Source: Promethearchaeota archaeon (GTDB taxonomy: Archaea; Asgardarchaeota; Thorarchaeia; Thorarchaeales; Thorarchaeaceae). From it: a DNA stretch of 64,000 bases. Positions 19,931 to 28,530 of this stretch are shown piece by piece. The notes under the pieces are model-generated. The model saw only the letters and a program-made list of their open reading frames with translations, made no database searches and was not told where the DNA came from. The position numbers were made by a program, and so were the translations under genes. The stretch covers positions 1 to 64,000 of the forward strand of contig JBHLPF010000001.1 of assembly GCA_048939765.1 (NCBI GenBank), read 5' to 3'. Each line of letters opens with the position of its first letter. The first letter of the stretch is position 1.

Positions 19931-20473
19931 CTACTCTCCACCCTCCACAAGTTTGTTTGTCCGAGTGTTCTTCAGAATTGAGGTTATGCCATCTGTTGAG
20001 AGGCCTGGAACTTCTGGTTCTAATTCTAGGTCTTCACGTTCCCAATCATTGATGACTTCATAGAGCTGTCCCTTCTCAATCAGTTCCTTTGCCAAAGCAA
20101 GAACATTATCAGGTACAATGCCTTTTTCAGCAGCTAGATTCTTGCAGTCAAAGAATATGTCTGTGACTCGTACATTCTGAGGACAGCGCTCTTGGCATTG
20201 GAAACAAGTCAAGCACTCCCAGATCTCCTTGCTTGTTAGAACTTCATCTCGCATACCAAGGAGTATCATGCGAATCAGTTGGTGGGGTTTATAGTCCCAT
20301 TGATTTGCAATTGGACAGGCAGCTGTGCAGGTTGAGCAGGCAAAACAGGCCGCTAGCTCCTCACCATTGGGCATGCTACTAATTTCATTTCGAAACGTGG
20401 GATCCAATTTGGACATATCAATTGGATCAATCAGGGTTACTGGAGGACCAGCATGTTCTTCAGTTTCTGTCAT
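19931..20473 (-). CDS. hdrC: Heterodisulfide reductase subunit C
   Basis: CFACSTCTAACP and IWECLTCFQCQERCP. Confidence 0.94.
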   Translation of the reverse strand: MTETEEHAGPPVTLIDPIDMSKLDPTFRNEISSMPNGEELAACFACSTCTAACPIANQWDYKPHQLIRMILLGMRDEVLTSKEIWECLTCFQCQERCPQNVRVTDIFFDCKNLAAEKGIVPDNVLALAKELIEKGQLYEVINDWEREDLELEPEVPGLSTDGITSILKNTRTNKLVEGGE

Positions 20474-20537
20474 GAGGGGGTGCACCTCTCGGATACGACC
20501 GATGCAGTGACTGAATGCAACAGCCGATTTGGTGACC

Positions 20538-20551
20538 TATATTAAAAGTTT
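20538..20551 (-). promoter_or_regulatory. BRE/TATA promoter of the hdr operon
   Basis: Minus strand AAACTTTTAATATA upstream of hdrC. Confidence 0.6.
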
Positions 20552-20612
20552 GCAGAAGGAACACGTTTTGGGATGGAGCACTGAAGGGGGAAACTGAAGG
20601 GGATTAGGAGGA

Positions 20613-20846
20613 TTATGTATCAGGTAGGCCTTTCTTGTGGATTAGAAGAAGAAGCCCAAATGTAACTAGAATGACTGCTGCTTCATATGCTATGATATTC
20701 AAGAGACCTTGGTTGACCAGAGGGTAGGACAATCCTCCTACAAAAGCCAAGAAACAGCAAATTACGGCCACGAGGTAGATTATCCATTGTGGTTTCAGAC
20801 GCATGTAATCTCGGAAGTGTGTGTCGCTCTTAGGATTTTCTGTCAT
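20613..20846 (-). CDS. Small 2-TM membrane protein
   Basis: Two hydrophobic helices; start uncertain. Confidence 0.55.
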   Translation of the reverse strand: MTENPKSDTHFRDYMRLKPQWIIYLVAVICCFLAFVGGLSYPLVNQGLLNIIAYEAAVILVTFGLLLLIHKKGLPDT

Positions 20847-21132
20847 GAAACTCAGACAGATTAGCAAGGATCTGTTCGATCTGTGAGTGGAATGACTCCC
20901 AGTGACGGATTGTTTCAGTTTTCAGCTCCGTGACAAGATTCAACACGAAGCCCTTTAGGTCATCAGGATTGCTCTGTAGTTTCGCTAGCATTGAGTTATT
21001 ATCATCAAGAAGGCGGAGGGCCCCAGCAAGGGCGATTTGTAACTTCTCATGCCCTTTTTCAATTGAGCTTCTTGATGATTCAATCTGCAGCAATATTTCT
21101 CGAAGATTGTCTGCTAGTGAATGATCCTCCAC
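20830..21132 (-). CDS. Hypothetical helical protein coupled to gins15
   Basis: GTG start overlaps the TAG of the GINS gene; heptad-like sequence. Confidence 0.65.
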   Translation of the reverse strand: MEDHSLADNLREILLQIESSRSSIEKGHEKLQIALAGALRLLDDNNSMLAKLQSNPDDLKGFVLNLVTELKTETIRHWESFHSQIEQILANLSEFHDRKS

Positions 21133-21746
21133 TAGTCAGTACCTCCTCCTTGGATTGAGACTCTCACTACTATACCATCTTCAGTCCAGGGATCTGCATT
21201 GGAGAGGGGGATTGTTAACAGGTCCTCCTTCTTGAATGGGCCATATGTCCGCTCATCAATTCCAATGATTGCTTCATCAATCGAACGCAAGAACCTCACG
21301 ATAACATAGTCCACTACATCTTCTTGAGGGGTTGCGTTTCCCGTGTCCTCAGTCGGCTTTTTCAATGTCAATGATGGCGTCCCTGTGAGGGCCTCTCTGA
21401 TAAAATCGGAATGTCCTTCAAATCCACGAAGAAGCCTGCTGTAAAGCTCCTCTTCGGACAACACCATTGTGCCAAGAGGGCGTCTTTGTTCCATTGCAGC
21501 TCTGATTATCTTCTCTCTTCGTAGCATTAGGAGATCCTTGAGCATGAACTCTAGATTTAGGGCTTCTTGTGCATACATGTCTGCTTGAAGCTGGTTTTCA
21601 GCAGGAGTTTCGGTCAGGGCATACCTAATTTTGGAAAGGTATTCTCTCATCTTGCTGAAACGTAAGTCCTCAAGATTCTGAAGCTCTTCATTCTCTGTTT
21701 CGGCAGCCCATGCATTACTGATGTCCTTGTACGGTGTATCACTCAA
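21132..21746 (-). CDS. gins15: GINS15 (Gins51) subunit
   Basis: Directly after priS; A domain with E.LQ.L and LRREKI, EEELY; C-terminal B domain VRFL...IIGIDERTYGPFKKEDL. Confidence 0.85.
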   Translation of the reverse strand: MSDTPYKDISNAWAAETENEELQNLEDLRFSKMREYLSKIRYALTETPAENQLQADMYAQEALNLEFMLKDLLMLRREKIIRAAMEQRRPLGTMVLSEEELYSRLLRGFEGHSDFIREALTGTPSLTLKKPTEDTGNATPQEDVVDYVIVRFLRSIDEAIIGIDERTYGPFKKEDLLTIPLSNADPWTEDGIVVRVSIQGGGTD

Positions 21747-23154
21747 TCGTCGCCACTCCTTTGCACAACATGAATATCGCCACTCCCATTGGTAACTCTT
21801 CGCTTTCCTTATGAAATGGACCATAGGTGTTATCACCGATTCGGATTTTCGGAATAGCAAGCACGCCATCAAAACGCACCTTAAGCTTGCCATTTGTGAT
21901 CGCAAGTGCATCACCGAATGGGTCAAATTCTGCAATCTCATCACGCGTCAGAGACTTTACCAAAAATCCAGTCTTTCCATTTAGACTACCAATTAGACGA
22001 ATAACACGTCCTATGTCATGAGTGACTGGCAGGTCGATCTCTCCGCCAAATGCTTCCACTGCCTTGACCGCAATTTCCTGCCAGAACTTGTCCCCCACAC
22101 CCATCACTTTGGGGCTCAAGATAGGGGGGGTTCTCTTGAGGCCTTTGATTGCATCTTCTTTGTGTGTTTCTAGCCGTTCCTTCCACCGCTCCTTTCCATC
22201 GTAAGACTCGATGTTTTGAATGAAGCTAATCATAGCCTGTGCTACCCGATTTCCCCAGCCTGGTACATCAAACTGCGGATTGCTCTTTGTTGGAAGAGGT
22301 ACTTTCTTTGAAACCACAATCACTCTATGCCTGTCTGAGGCAGGAACTCCTTTTGCTGGAGCAAGTTTAAAGCCCATTCCACTGATATAGTGCGCAATCT
22401 CTGTGCGACCATCTGAATCAAGGTGGAAGACCCGAGGGTCACGGACTCTGATATGATAGCCTCTGTGGCCACTGAAATTCAGCTGAATGTATTCAGGATC
22501 GATTGCAAAGTCCTGAGTCAAGAACTCATCGTAGACCTTTATTGTGTCCCTCTTGGCGTCTTCTAGACACCTGTCACACAACCATTTGCGTGCAATAATG
22601 TTCGTCCCTCCACACTTCGGGCAATTACTGGGAGAAGCCCCCATGCCTGTTTCTAGACAGCTTTTGTTATTACATCTCCATGAATCGTGTTCATTGGCAC
22701 AAGGGGAGTCGAGATGGTCAGCATCTATGTCAAAGATGAGTTCGGCGCCCTGCCAACCCTTATCACGAGCGACTGGTATGTTGTAGAAGGCTGCAGAATG
22801 ATAGACGCTATGAGGCGCGACTTCCACTAGATCTTTGAGCAATGCTTTCTGTGTGCGAAACCCTATGTGACGTATCCAATTGGTCACCTTAATCTCTGTA
22901 GAACCACAGAATGGGCATGATTGAAGTCTATTGAACGAATTGCCTGAACGATCACAGCCGTAGTCGAGTTTGTTACCTGAATCATCCTCATAAGTTCCCT
23001 TTGGACATCTCCAGGAGTATTCCCAGTCCTCAAAGGCGAACTCGCGTGTGTGAATTTTGCCTGGTTGATCAATTTGGGATTGATTCGATTGATAGTAGTT
23101 CTGAAATGCTAGGCGTAGGAATTTGCTCCTCGTTTCCCAGGTACGATTTGACAT
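21739..23154 (-). CDS. priS: DNA primase small (catalytic) subunit, with Zn-ribbon insertions
   Basis: REFAF, ELIFDIDAD, FSGHRGYH, ID.PVTHDIGRVIRL.GSLNGKTG. Confidence 0.95.
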   Translation of the reverse strand: MSNRTWETRSKFLRLAFQNYYQSNQSQIDQPGKIHTREFAFEDWEYSWRCPKGTYEDDSGNKLDYGCDRSGNSFNRLQSCPFCGSTEIKVTNWIRHIGFRTQKALLKDLVEVAPHSVYHSAAFYNIPVARDKGWQGAELIFDIDADHLDSPCANEHDSWRCNNKSCLETGMGASPSNCPKCGGTNIIARKWLCDRCLEDAKRDTIKVYDEFLTQDFAIDPEYIQLNFSGHRGYHIRVRDPRVFHLDSDGRTEIAHYISGMGFKLAPAKGVPASDRHRVIVVSKKVPLPTKSNPQFDVPGWGNRVAQAMISFIQNIESYDGKERWKERLETHKEDAIKGLKRTPPILSPKVMGVGDKFWQEIAVKAVEAFGGEIDLPVTHDIGRVIRLIGSLNGKTGFLVKSLTRDEIAEFDPFGDALAITNGKLKVRFDGVLAIPKIRIGDNTYGPFHKESEELPMGVAIFMLCKGVATIE

Positions 23155-23239
23155 GCCTGCAGCCCCACTATCGATGGTCAGATATGAAATCTAGCCATCT
23201 TTCTTGGATAGCCAATTCGATTAGATGCAGGATTGTCGG

Positions 23240-24007
23240 TCAAGTCGATCTCCGGTCCCGGTCCACACGAGGCGCAAGAATGAACTTAATCCTCCCATCC
23301 TCCGCTATCGGGAACTCGAGTAGCATTGGCTTGTCCTCACTGAACCGGAGTTTGAGACTCTCTGTCGTCATTGCTTTTGTGATTTCAGACAGATAGTTCA
23401 GTGCATACATGGCAGAGGGCTTGGCAGTCACATCGAAATCGAAAATTACTGATTCATCACCAGATGCCTTCATGACGACTTCAGCCTCTCCGGTATCACC
23501 CTTTCCTGTGAAGGTCAGGGTCTTCCCACTAGCGGAGATTCGTAGATGACTGGACACGACTCCAATGTCTTTCACTGCCTGCTTGAACGCATCTGCAAAC
23601 ATCTCGACCTTCGCATCAAACTTTAACGATGGCTCCTTGGTACGTTCATCAGGAGCAGTCAGAAGCTGAAGTTTGAACTGCCTCTGCGCTTGGCCAATCA
23701 TCATTATCTCAAAGCGCTTATCTTTCTCATCCAACCTAAACTCGAGACGATCATCACCAGCCATTCGTTTACTGATTTTGTTGAGCTCATCAACTCCAAG
23801 GCATATGTCATAATTGCCATCACAACCATATTCTTGGAATATCTTGTAAGGCAGGTCTAAATCAACCATAGCGGCTTTGGACGAATCCAGTTGTCGCAAG
23901 GTTATGCCACTTTCGGATACAATGAAGTGCACCTCTGTCAAGAGTGTTGCTAGGGCATCTACTATTTGCTTCCATATGCTGGTACTATCAAGAGTCGCAT
24001 GAAACAT
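23240..24007 (-). CDS. pcn: PCNA sliding clamp
   Basis: LDSSKAAMVDL, F.EY.CD, Y.LNYL, KFILAPR. Confidence 0.96.
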   Translation of the reverse strand: MFHATLDSTSIWKQIVDALATLLTEVHFIVSESGITLRQLDSSKAAMVDLDLPYKIFQEYGCDGNYDICLGVDELNKISKRMAGDDRLEFRLDEKDKRFEIMMIGQAQRQFKLQLLTAPDERTKEPSLKFDAKVEMFADAFKQAVKDIGVVSSHLRISASGKTLTFTGKGDTGEAEVVMKASGDESVIFDFDVTAKPSAMYALNYLSEITKAMTTESLKLRFSEDKPMLLEFPIAEDGRIKFILAPRVDRDRRST

Positions 24008-24122
24008 CTCAACGTGCCTCCAGTTTATCTAGGACATATTGTCATTCGTGTTACATTAAAATGTACTCGTCTGCCTGTGAGCTTCACTCGCCAACAGTTG
24101 GAGGGAAACAAAGCCGTCCCAG

Positions 24123-24503
24123 TCATCTAGAAAGAGCCCGTACGACTTCATCTTCCAACTCAATTGTCTGTTTGTAGAATTTCGTGTCAAGGTCATTGAT
24201 ATTATACGCCATAGAAGCTGCCAGTCGGAGTTCCCTTCCATCAGAACCAGCCTTCTCTGTGACCTCGCCTATCAATAAATACTTCTCATCAACATTGAGG
24301 GTTCCCTCGACCGTGACGATTATTTTCGCGGCATCCTCTACATTATCATAGATATCCTGAACCAAGGAAACTCCCGGACCGGACTCGATCACAATGCCCA
24401 TTATTCGTACGGGACCTTCGGTATCAGCTGAGAGCGAACGGATAGTAACCATCTTGGCAGGTTTCCTGCGGGGGTACTTCTTTTCCTCGGCCAAGGTCAT
24501 CAC
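24123..24503 (-). CDS. OB-fold protein, RPA3/RPA14-like small RPA subunit
   Basis: RRKPA..., VRIMGIV, LIGEV, DLD..Y...ELE resemble archaeal RPA14; lies in a replication operon. Confidence 0.65.
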   Translation of the reverse strand: MMTLAEEKKYPRRKPAKMVTIRSLSADTEGPVRIMGIVIESGPGVSLVQDIYDNVEDAAKIIVTVEGTLNVDEKYLLIGEVTEKAGSDGRELRLAASMAYNINDLDTKFYKQTIELEDEVVRALSR

Positions 24504-24545
24504 ACTACATTTGATTCAGACAGAGTCAGATATTAAGTCCTTCAC

Positions 24546-24875
24546 TCAGCCGCCATAGTTGCGCCAAGTATGCTTGCAGTTAGTACACCTATAGAACTCG
24601 GTCGCCCCCTCATCACCGCGTCTTGTCTGAAGAGTCCAGTAGTATGCTTCAGTGTGACCACACTTTGGACATATGGCTTTGGTGACGGGCATAGGCATCG
24701 AGTCATCCTCGACCACCACAATCTTGTCACGGGGAGTCTTATCAAGACGATGAGAAACAGTGAGCTTGCCTTTGATTGGCTTGGAATGCCCACAGCTTCG
24801 GCATTTCAGGTGTCTTGATCCGTCTTCTTCTGTTACAGGTACCATCATTGCACCACATTTGTCACAGAATTCCAT
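24546..24875 (-). CDS. tfs: Transcription factor S (TFS)
   Basis: FCDKCG..CRSCG; CPKCG..QTRRGDEG..CTNC..WR with the catalytic DE pair. Confidence 0.95.
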   Translation of the reverse strand: MEFCDKCGAMMVPVTEEDGSRHLKCRSCGHSKPIKGKLTVSHRLDKTPRDKIVVVEDDSMPMPVTKAICPKCGHTEAYYWTLQTRRGDEGATEFYRCTNCKHTWRNYGG

Positions 24876-24955
24876 TATTCGGCACTCCGAGTTCTCGATG
24901 GCACTGCGCTGCTTCAAATTAAGCCTTGCTGAAGGACCCTACATAGAGTAGAGGA

Positions 24956-25381
24956 TTATTTGGACCCATTAGGAAGACGAGTCATTACACCGAGCAGAAG
25001 TTTCCGAAAGGCCCTATATGCAATTTCCCCCTCCTGCTTCCTATTTGTATCAGAATCGATATTGAGCTCACCGACGAGACTGGAAACCATAGACTCAATG
25101 GTCATATTTCCAGTAAGCCAGAGATAAGCCATTATTGCCTCATACGCATCAGCAGCTGCACCTGCGTCTGTCCTTCGTCCAATATGGGTGTAGATTGGTG
25201 TGTCACGAATAGCACGTGCCAGGACCGAATCACGTACCTTCTCTCCTGTGGGCTCCAGTAGAACTTCGGACTTAGCCAGAGAATAGCAGAGATTGACAAG
25301 GTTATCACCCAGCTTTGCTAGACCTTTGTTTCTCATGATAGCTTTTGTGTCTGGATGTTCTTTGAGGAAACCCCACATCAT
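24956..25381 (-). CDS. Archaeal ribonuclease III-family protein
   Basis: KGLAKLGDNLVNL.YSLA, ADAYEA. Confidence 0.85.
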   Translation of the reverse strand: MMWGFLKEHPDTKAIMRNKGLAKLGDNLVNLCYSLAKSEVLLEPTGEKVRDSVLARAIRDTPIYTHIGRRTDAGAAADAYEAIMAYLWLTGNMTIESMVSSLVGELNIDSDTNRKQEGEIAYRAFRKLLLGVMTRLPNGSK

Positions 25382-25416
25382 TGACTCACCAACGAAAGGG
25401 CTCCGTGTTCGCGGAT

Positions 25417-25716
25417 CTAGTCTACGCTATAGTCCGATACCGCCTGATTGACATTCTTCCGGAACTCTTCAGTACGTGCTAGCATCTTCTCGAGAGCCTC
25501 TCTAAGGACTACACTCGCCTGTCGTCTCGAGGACTTCTTTGTTCTTACTGTGACCACAGGACTTGCAAGAAGTGGGTGATCAATATTATACCCAGCAAAC
25601 TCCACAGATGGTTCTTCAAGAAGGGTCTTGCGTAAAAGGTTGCAGAACCCATGGTCCTCCTCTTGAAACTCAATCTTCAGTTCATATCGCTCTTGCTCGA
25701 TAACTCTTGGCTTCAT
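25417..25716 (-). CDS. rpoL: RNA polymerase subunit Rpo11 (L)
   Basis: EDHGFCNLLR..L...VEFAGY.IDHPL. Confidence 0.95.
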   Translation of the reverse strand: MKPRVIEQERYELKIEFQEEDHGFCNLLRKTLLEEPSVEFAGYNIDHPLLASPVVTVRTKKSSRRQASVVLREALEKMLARTEEFRKNVNQAVSDYSVD

Positions 25717-25719
25717 TCA

Positions 25720-26463
25720 TTATCGCCTCCGGTCTCTATCTCGACGACCTCTACCTCTACTGTCCCTTCTATCATCGAATCGTCTAGAGAATCGACCTCC
25801 ATCCCTGTCGGGGGGCCCACGTCTACGGTCATGTCGTCTATCGTCGTAGGATCTCCTTCGTGGTGCAAGGTCCTGCCTTGTTTCAATCCCAAACATTGCC
25901 CCATAATCCTTTGCTACTTCACGCGTTTCGCGGTTCTCGCAACGAAGACAAATGAGATTGTTGTAAGTGGTCAATGTAAGGTCATGACCGCATTTCACAC
26001 ATTTAGCTCCCAAAACACCGAGTTCTGGTCCCACTAGGCTTAGCTGCACAGGAATCTCATGTGTATTGAGAACTGTTGCTCTGACGATATCTCCCTGGCG
26101 TAGAACATCTCCCATAGACTTCACAAAACGTCTTGTTACATTGCTGATGTGGATTTCACCAACAAAGGTGCTTAGAACGTCCTCTTCATTTCGTTTGACA
26201 ATTATAACTTCGGCACGTTGTTCCCAGGCATTGGTGACCTCTCCAACCACAATGTCGCCTCTCACTGGGAGCGCAAGTCGCATACTTCCGTCCCCCTCGA
26301 GAACTCTGATACTGCGGTCCTTGAAATCAATGGCAACTCCACCAGATATTGCCGCAAAGACAATTCCATCCCGTTCATATGTACCGAAACCAGGCATCAG
26401 CTCTTCAATCACACACAGCTGGTCTCCGGGGACTACGATATCCCCACTCTTCACGTCAGCCAT
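25720..26463 (-). CDS. csl4: Exosome RNA-binding subunit Csl4, with an Arg/Asp-rich tail
   Basis: VVPGD.L..EE..PG.GTYE, S1 domain, LGV..A.C..CG...C..C...E.R. Confidence 0.92.
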   Translation of the reverse strand: MADVKSGDIVVPGDQLCVIEELMPGFGTYERDGIVFAAISGGVAIDFKDRSIRVLEGDGSMRLALPVRGDIVVGEVTNAWEQRAEVIIVKRNEEDVLSTFVGEIHISNVTRRFVKSMGDVLRQGDIVRATVLNTHEIPVQLSLVGPELGVLGAKCVKCGHDLTLTTYNNLICLRCENRETREVAKDYGAMFGIETRQDLAPRRRSYDDRRHDRRRGPPDRDGGRFSRRFDDRRDSRGRGRRDRDRRR

Positions 26464-26481
26464 TGTACTTCATCATTCCTC

Positions 26482-27099
26482 TTATCTGCATATACGGTAA
26501 AGGTCCACTCCAACCAAATGCTTCTGTTTCCTATGAAACTTATAGAGTCGAGATATTGGAAACTCGAACGTTTCGATCTGTGTTATGTGTCCTCCGAGGT
26601 CTTCAATCTTAGATTCTAGGAAGGCCCTATTCTTCTCGCCTGCCAAGTGCATGCTGTATGTTACTTCCGCAATTGATATGGCCTTCCTCAGGAAGCTCAG
26701 GTCTGCACCTCTCTTCTTGACTCCGAAAGGTGGATTGGTCACCACAGTGTCAAAGGGCCCCAGCACTTCAAATGAGACAACGTCTCCAAGGACCCAATCT
26801 GTTGTGTCTTCAGTCCCGAGTGAAGCTGAATTTCTTCGAGAGACCTTTAAGGCTTTGGATTGCACATCTAAGCCTACAGCTCGTGATGCTCCTAGAAGAG
26901 CAGCTCCATTGGCAAATATGCCGTCACCACAGCCTAGATCACAGACGGTCTTATTCTGTATGTCATCATGTTCCATATGGGCGGCAAAGAGAATTGCGGC
27001 TACGATATCTGCTGGCGTAGGATATTGCTCCAACGAAACCTCATACTCCTCCATTCTTTCTATTGATTGTAGTAGGATTTCAAGGTCTCTTAGACGCAT
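26482..27099 (-). CDS. METTL5-family N6-adenine RNA methyltransferase
   Basis: LEQYPTP, DLGCGDG, NPPFG. Confidence 0.92.
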   Translation of the reverse strand: MRLRDLEILLQSIERMEEYEVSLEQYPTPADIVAAILFAAHMEHDDIQNKTVCDLGCGDGIFANGAALLGASRAVGLDVQSKALKVSRRNSASLGTEDTTDWVLGDVVSFEVLGPFDTVVTNPPFGVKKRGADLSFLRKAISIAEVTYSMHLAGEKNRAFLESKIEDLGGHITQIETFEFPISRLYKFHRKQKHLVGVDLYRICR

Positions 27100-27224
27100 A
27101 TTTTATTCACCCAAATACACAGACTGTGCTGAAAACGGCTCCTCATGAATCCTACGGACATCACAAGCACTCGGCCGGGTAATACGTAACTTTAACAGGA
27201 CGATAACTCCATATGCTCCATAGG

Positions 27225-27247
27225 CTCCAGTGGAAATCCAGTGGAAC
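27225..27247 (+). promoter_or_regulatory. Two tandem mini-ORB elements upstream of cdc6
   Basis: CTCCAGTGGAAAT and TCCAGTGGAAC match the ORB core TCCAG-TGGAA. Confidence 0.7.
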
Positions 27248-27277
27248 TCGCCTCACTTTCGAATGGAGAGAGAGAAG

Positions 27278-28522
27278 ATGGAGAGACCCTTAGACAAGCT
27301 ATTCGACAAGTTCCTTCAAGGTCAGGCTATTTTCAGAGATAGAAATGCGTTAAGGCCCACATACGTGCCTGAAGAATTGCCCTACCGAGATGAACAGATG
27401 AATCGTATTGGTGCAATTCTAGGACCGACACTCCGCGGAGCTCCGCCTTCAAACATTCTTTGCTACGGAAAGACCGGTACAGGGAAGACGGTTGTGGCCC
27501 GTTATGTGCTGGATTTACTCGTCAGGAAAGCGAAGGAGAGCAGTGTCAGTCCACCACTGACAGCCCACATCAATTGCAGAATTGTTGGCACCAACTATAG
27601 GGTCCTACGTCAGTTGTGTGAGGATATCGAAGCACGGATGCCAGATGGCTCTGAGGTGCCCTTCACGGGTCTACCGACCGATGAGATTAGATCTATCTTC
27701 AAGAGAAAGCTCGACTTGGACACCAACATAATGGTGGTTGTGCTGGATGAGGTCGACTCGCTTGTGAAACGTGACGTGGGTCAAGGCAATGATATTCTCT
27801 ATGGTTTGACTAGAATGAATGGAGAACTTGAAAAGAGTCGAATCTCAATTATTGGAATAAGTAATGACCTGAAGTTCAAGGAAATGCTGGATCCCAGGGT
27901 CCTCTCGACACTTGGAGAAGAAGAGGTCATATTTGCACCATATAATGCAGTTGAACTGAAGGGAATCCTGCAACAGAGAGTCGAGATTGCTTTCAACAAG
28001 AATGCAATTGGTGAAGAAGGCGTAATCAATCTCGTGGGAGCACTTGCCGCCCAAGAACATGGTGACGCAAGAAGAGCATTGGATCTTTTGAGGACCGCCG
28101 GCGAACTTGCTGAACGAAACGGCGATGAGAAGGTGGTCCAGGGACATGTTCGTGAGGCACAGAAGATAATCGAAAGGGATACAATAACAGAAACCGTCAA
28201 GACCCTTCCTATGCAGTCAAAGGCGGTTCTTTTCTCAGTCTATGCCCTGGCAAATAAGGGACAAAAGGACATCTTCACAGGTGAGTGCTACAATGTCTAT
28301 TCTGAGATTGCCCAGTCCTTATCATTGGATACACTCACTCAGCGGCGTGTTTCGGACTTGATCTCGGAGCTCGATATGCTAGGTCTCATCAATACGACTG
28401 TCATCTCAAAGGGACGCTATGGTCGCACGAAGAAAATACGACTTGCTGTGAGCAAGCAGCAGATTGGGATAATCCTTGATGAAGATGTTCGACTTGGCAG
28501 GATAGCTGAGGAACTCCTGTGA
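27278..28522 (+). CDS. cdc6: Orc1/Cdc6 replication initiator
   Basis: YGKTGTGKT, VLDEVD, HGDARRALDLLR, C-terminal wH with GRYGRT. Confidence 0.97.
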   Translation: MERPLDKLFDKFLQGQAIFRDRNALRPTYVPEELPYRDEQMNRIGAILGPTLRGAPPSNILCYGKTGTGKTVVARYVLDLLVRKAKESSVSPPLTAHINCRIVGTNYRVLRQLCEDIEARMPDGSEVPFTGLPTDEIRSIFKRKLDLDTNIMVVVLDEVDSLVKRDVGQGNDILYGLTRMNGELEKSRISIIGISNDLKFKEMLDPRVLSTLGEEEVIFAPYNAVELKGILQQRVEIAFNKNAIGEEGVINLVGALAAQEHGDARRALDLLRTAGELAERNGDEKVVQGHVREAQKIIERDTITETVKTLPMQSKAVLFSVYALANKGQKDIFTGECYNVYSEIAQSLSLDTLTQRRVSDLISELDMLGLINTTVISKGRYGRTKKIRLAVSKQQIGIILDEDVRLGRIAEELL

Positions 28523-28530
28523 TGATTTCA

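Noticed and set aside
20581-20603. CTGAAGGGG twice, resembling ORB G-strings
   Set aside because: It lacks the TCCAG-TGGAA inverted core; more likely a pyrimidine-rich terminator region on the minus strand.
25713-25904. Acidic alternative-frame ORF overlapping the csl4 tail
   Set aside because: It is a shadow frame of the low-complexity Arg/Asp codons with no independent evidence.
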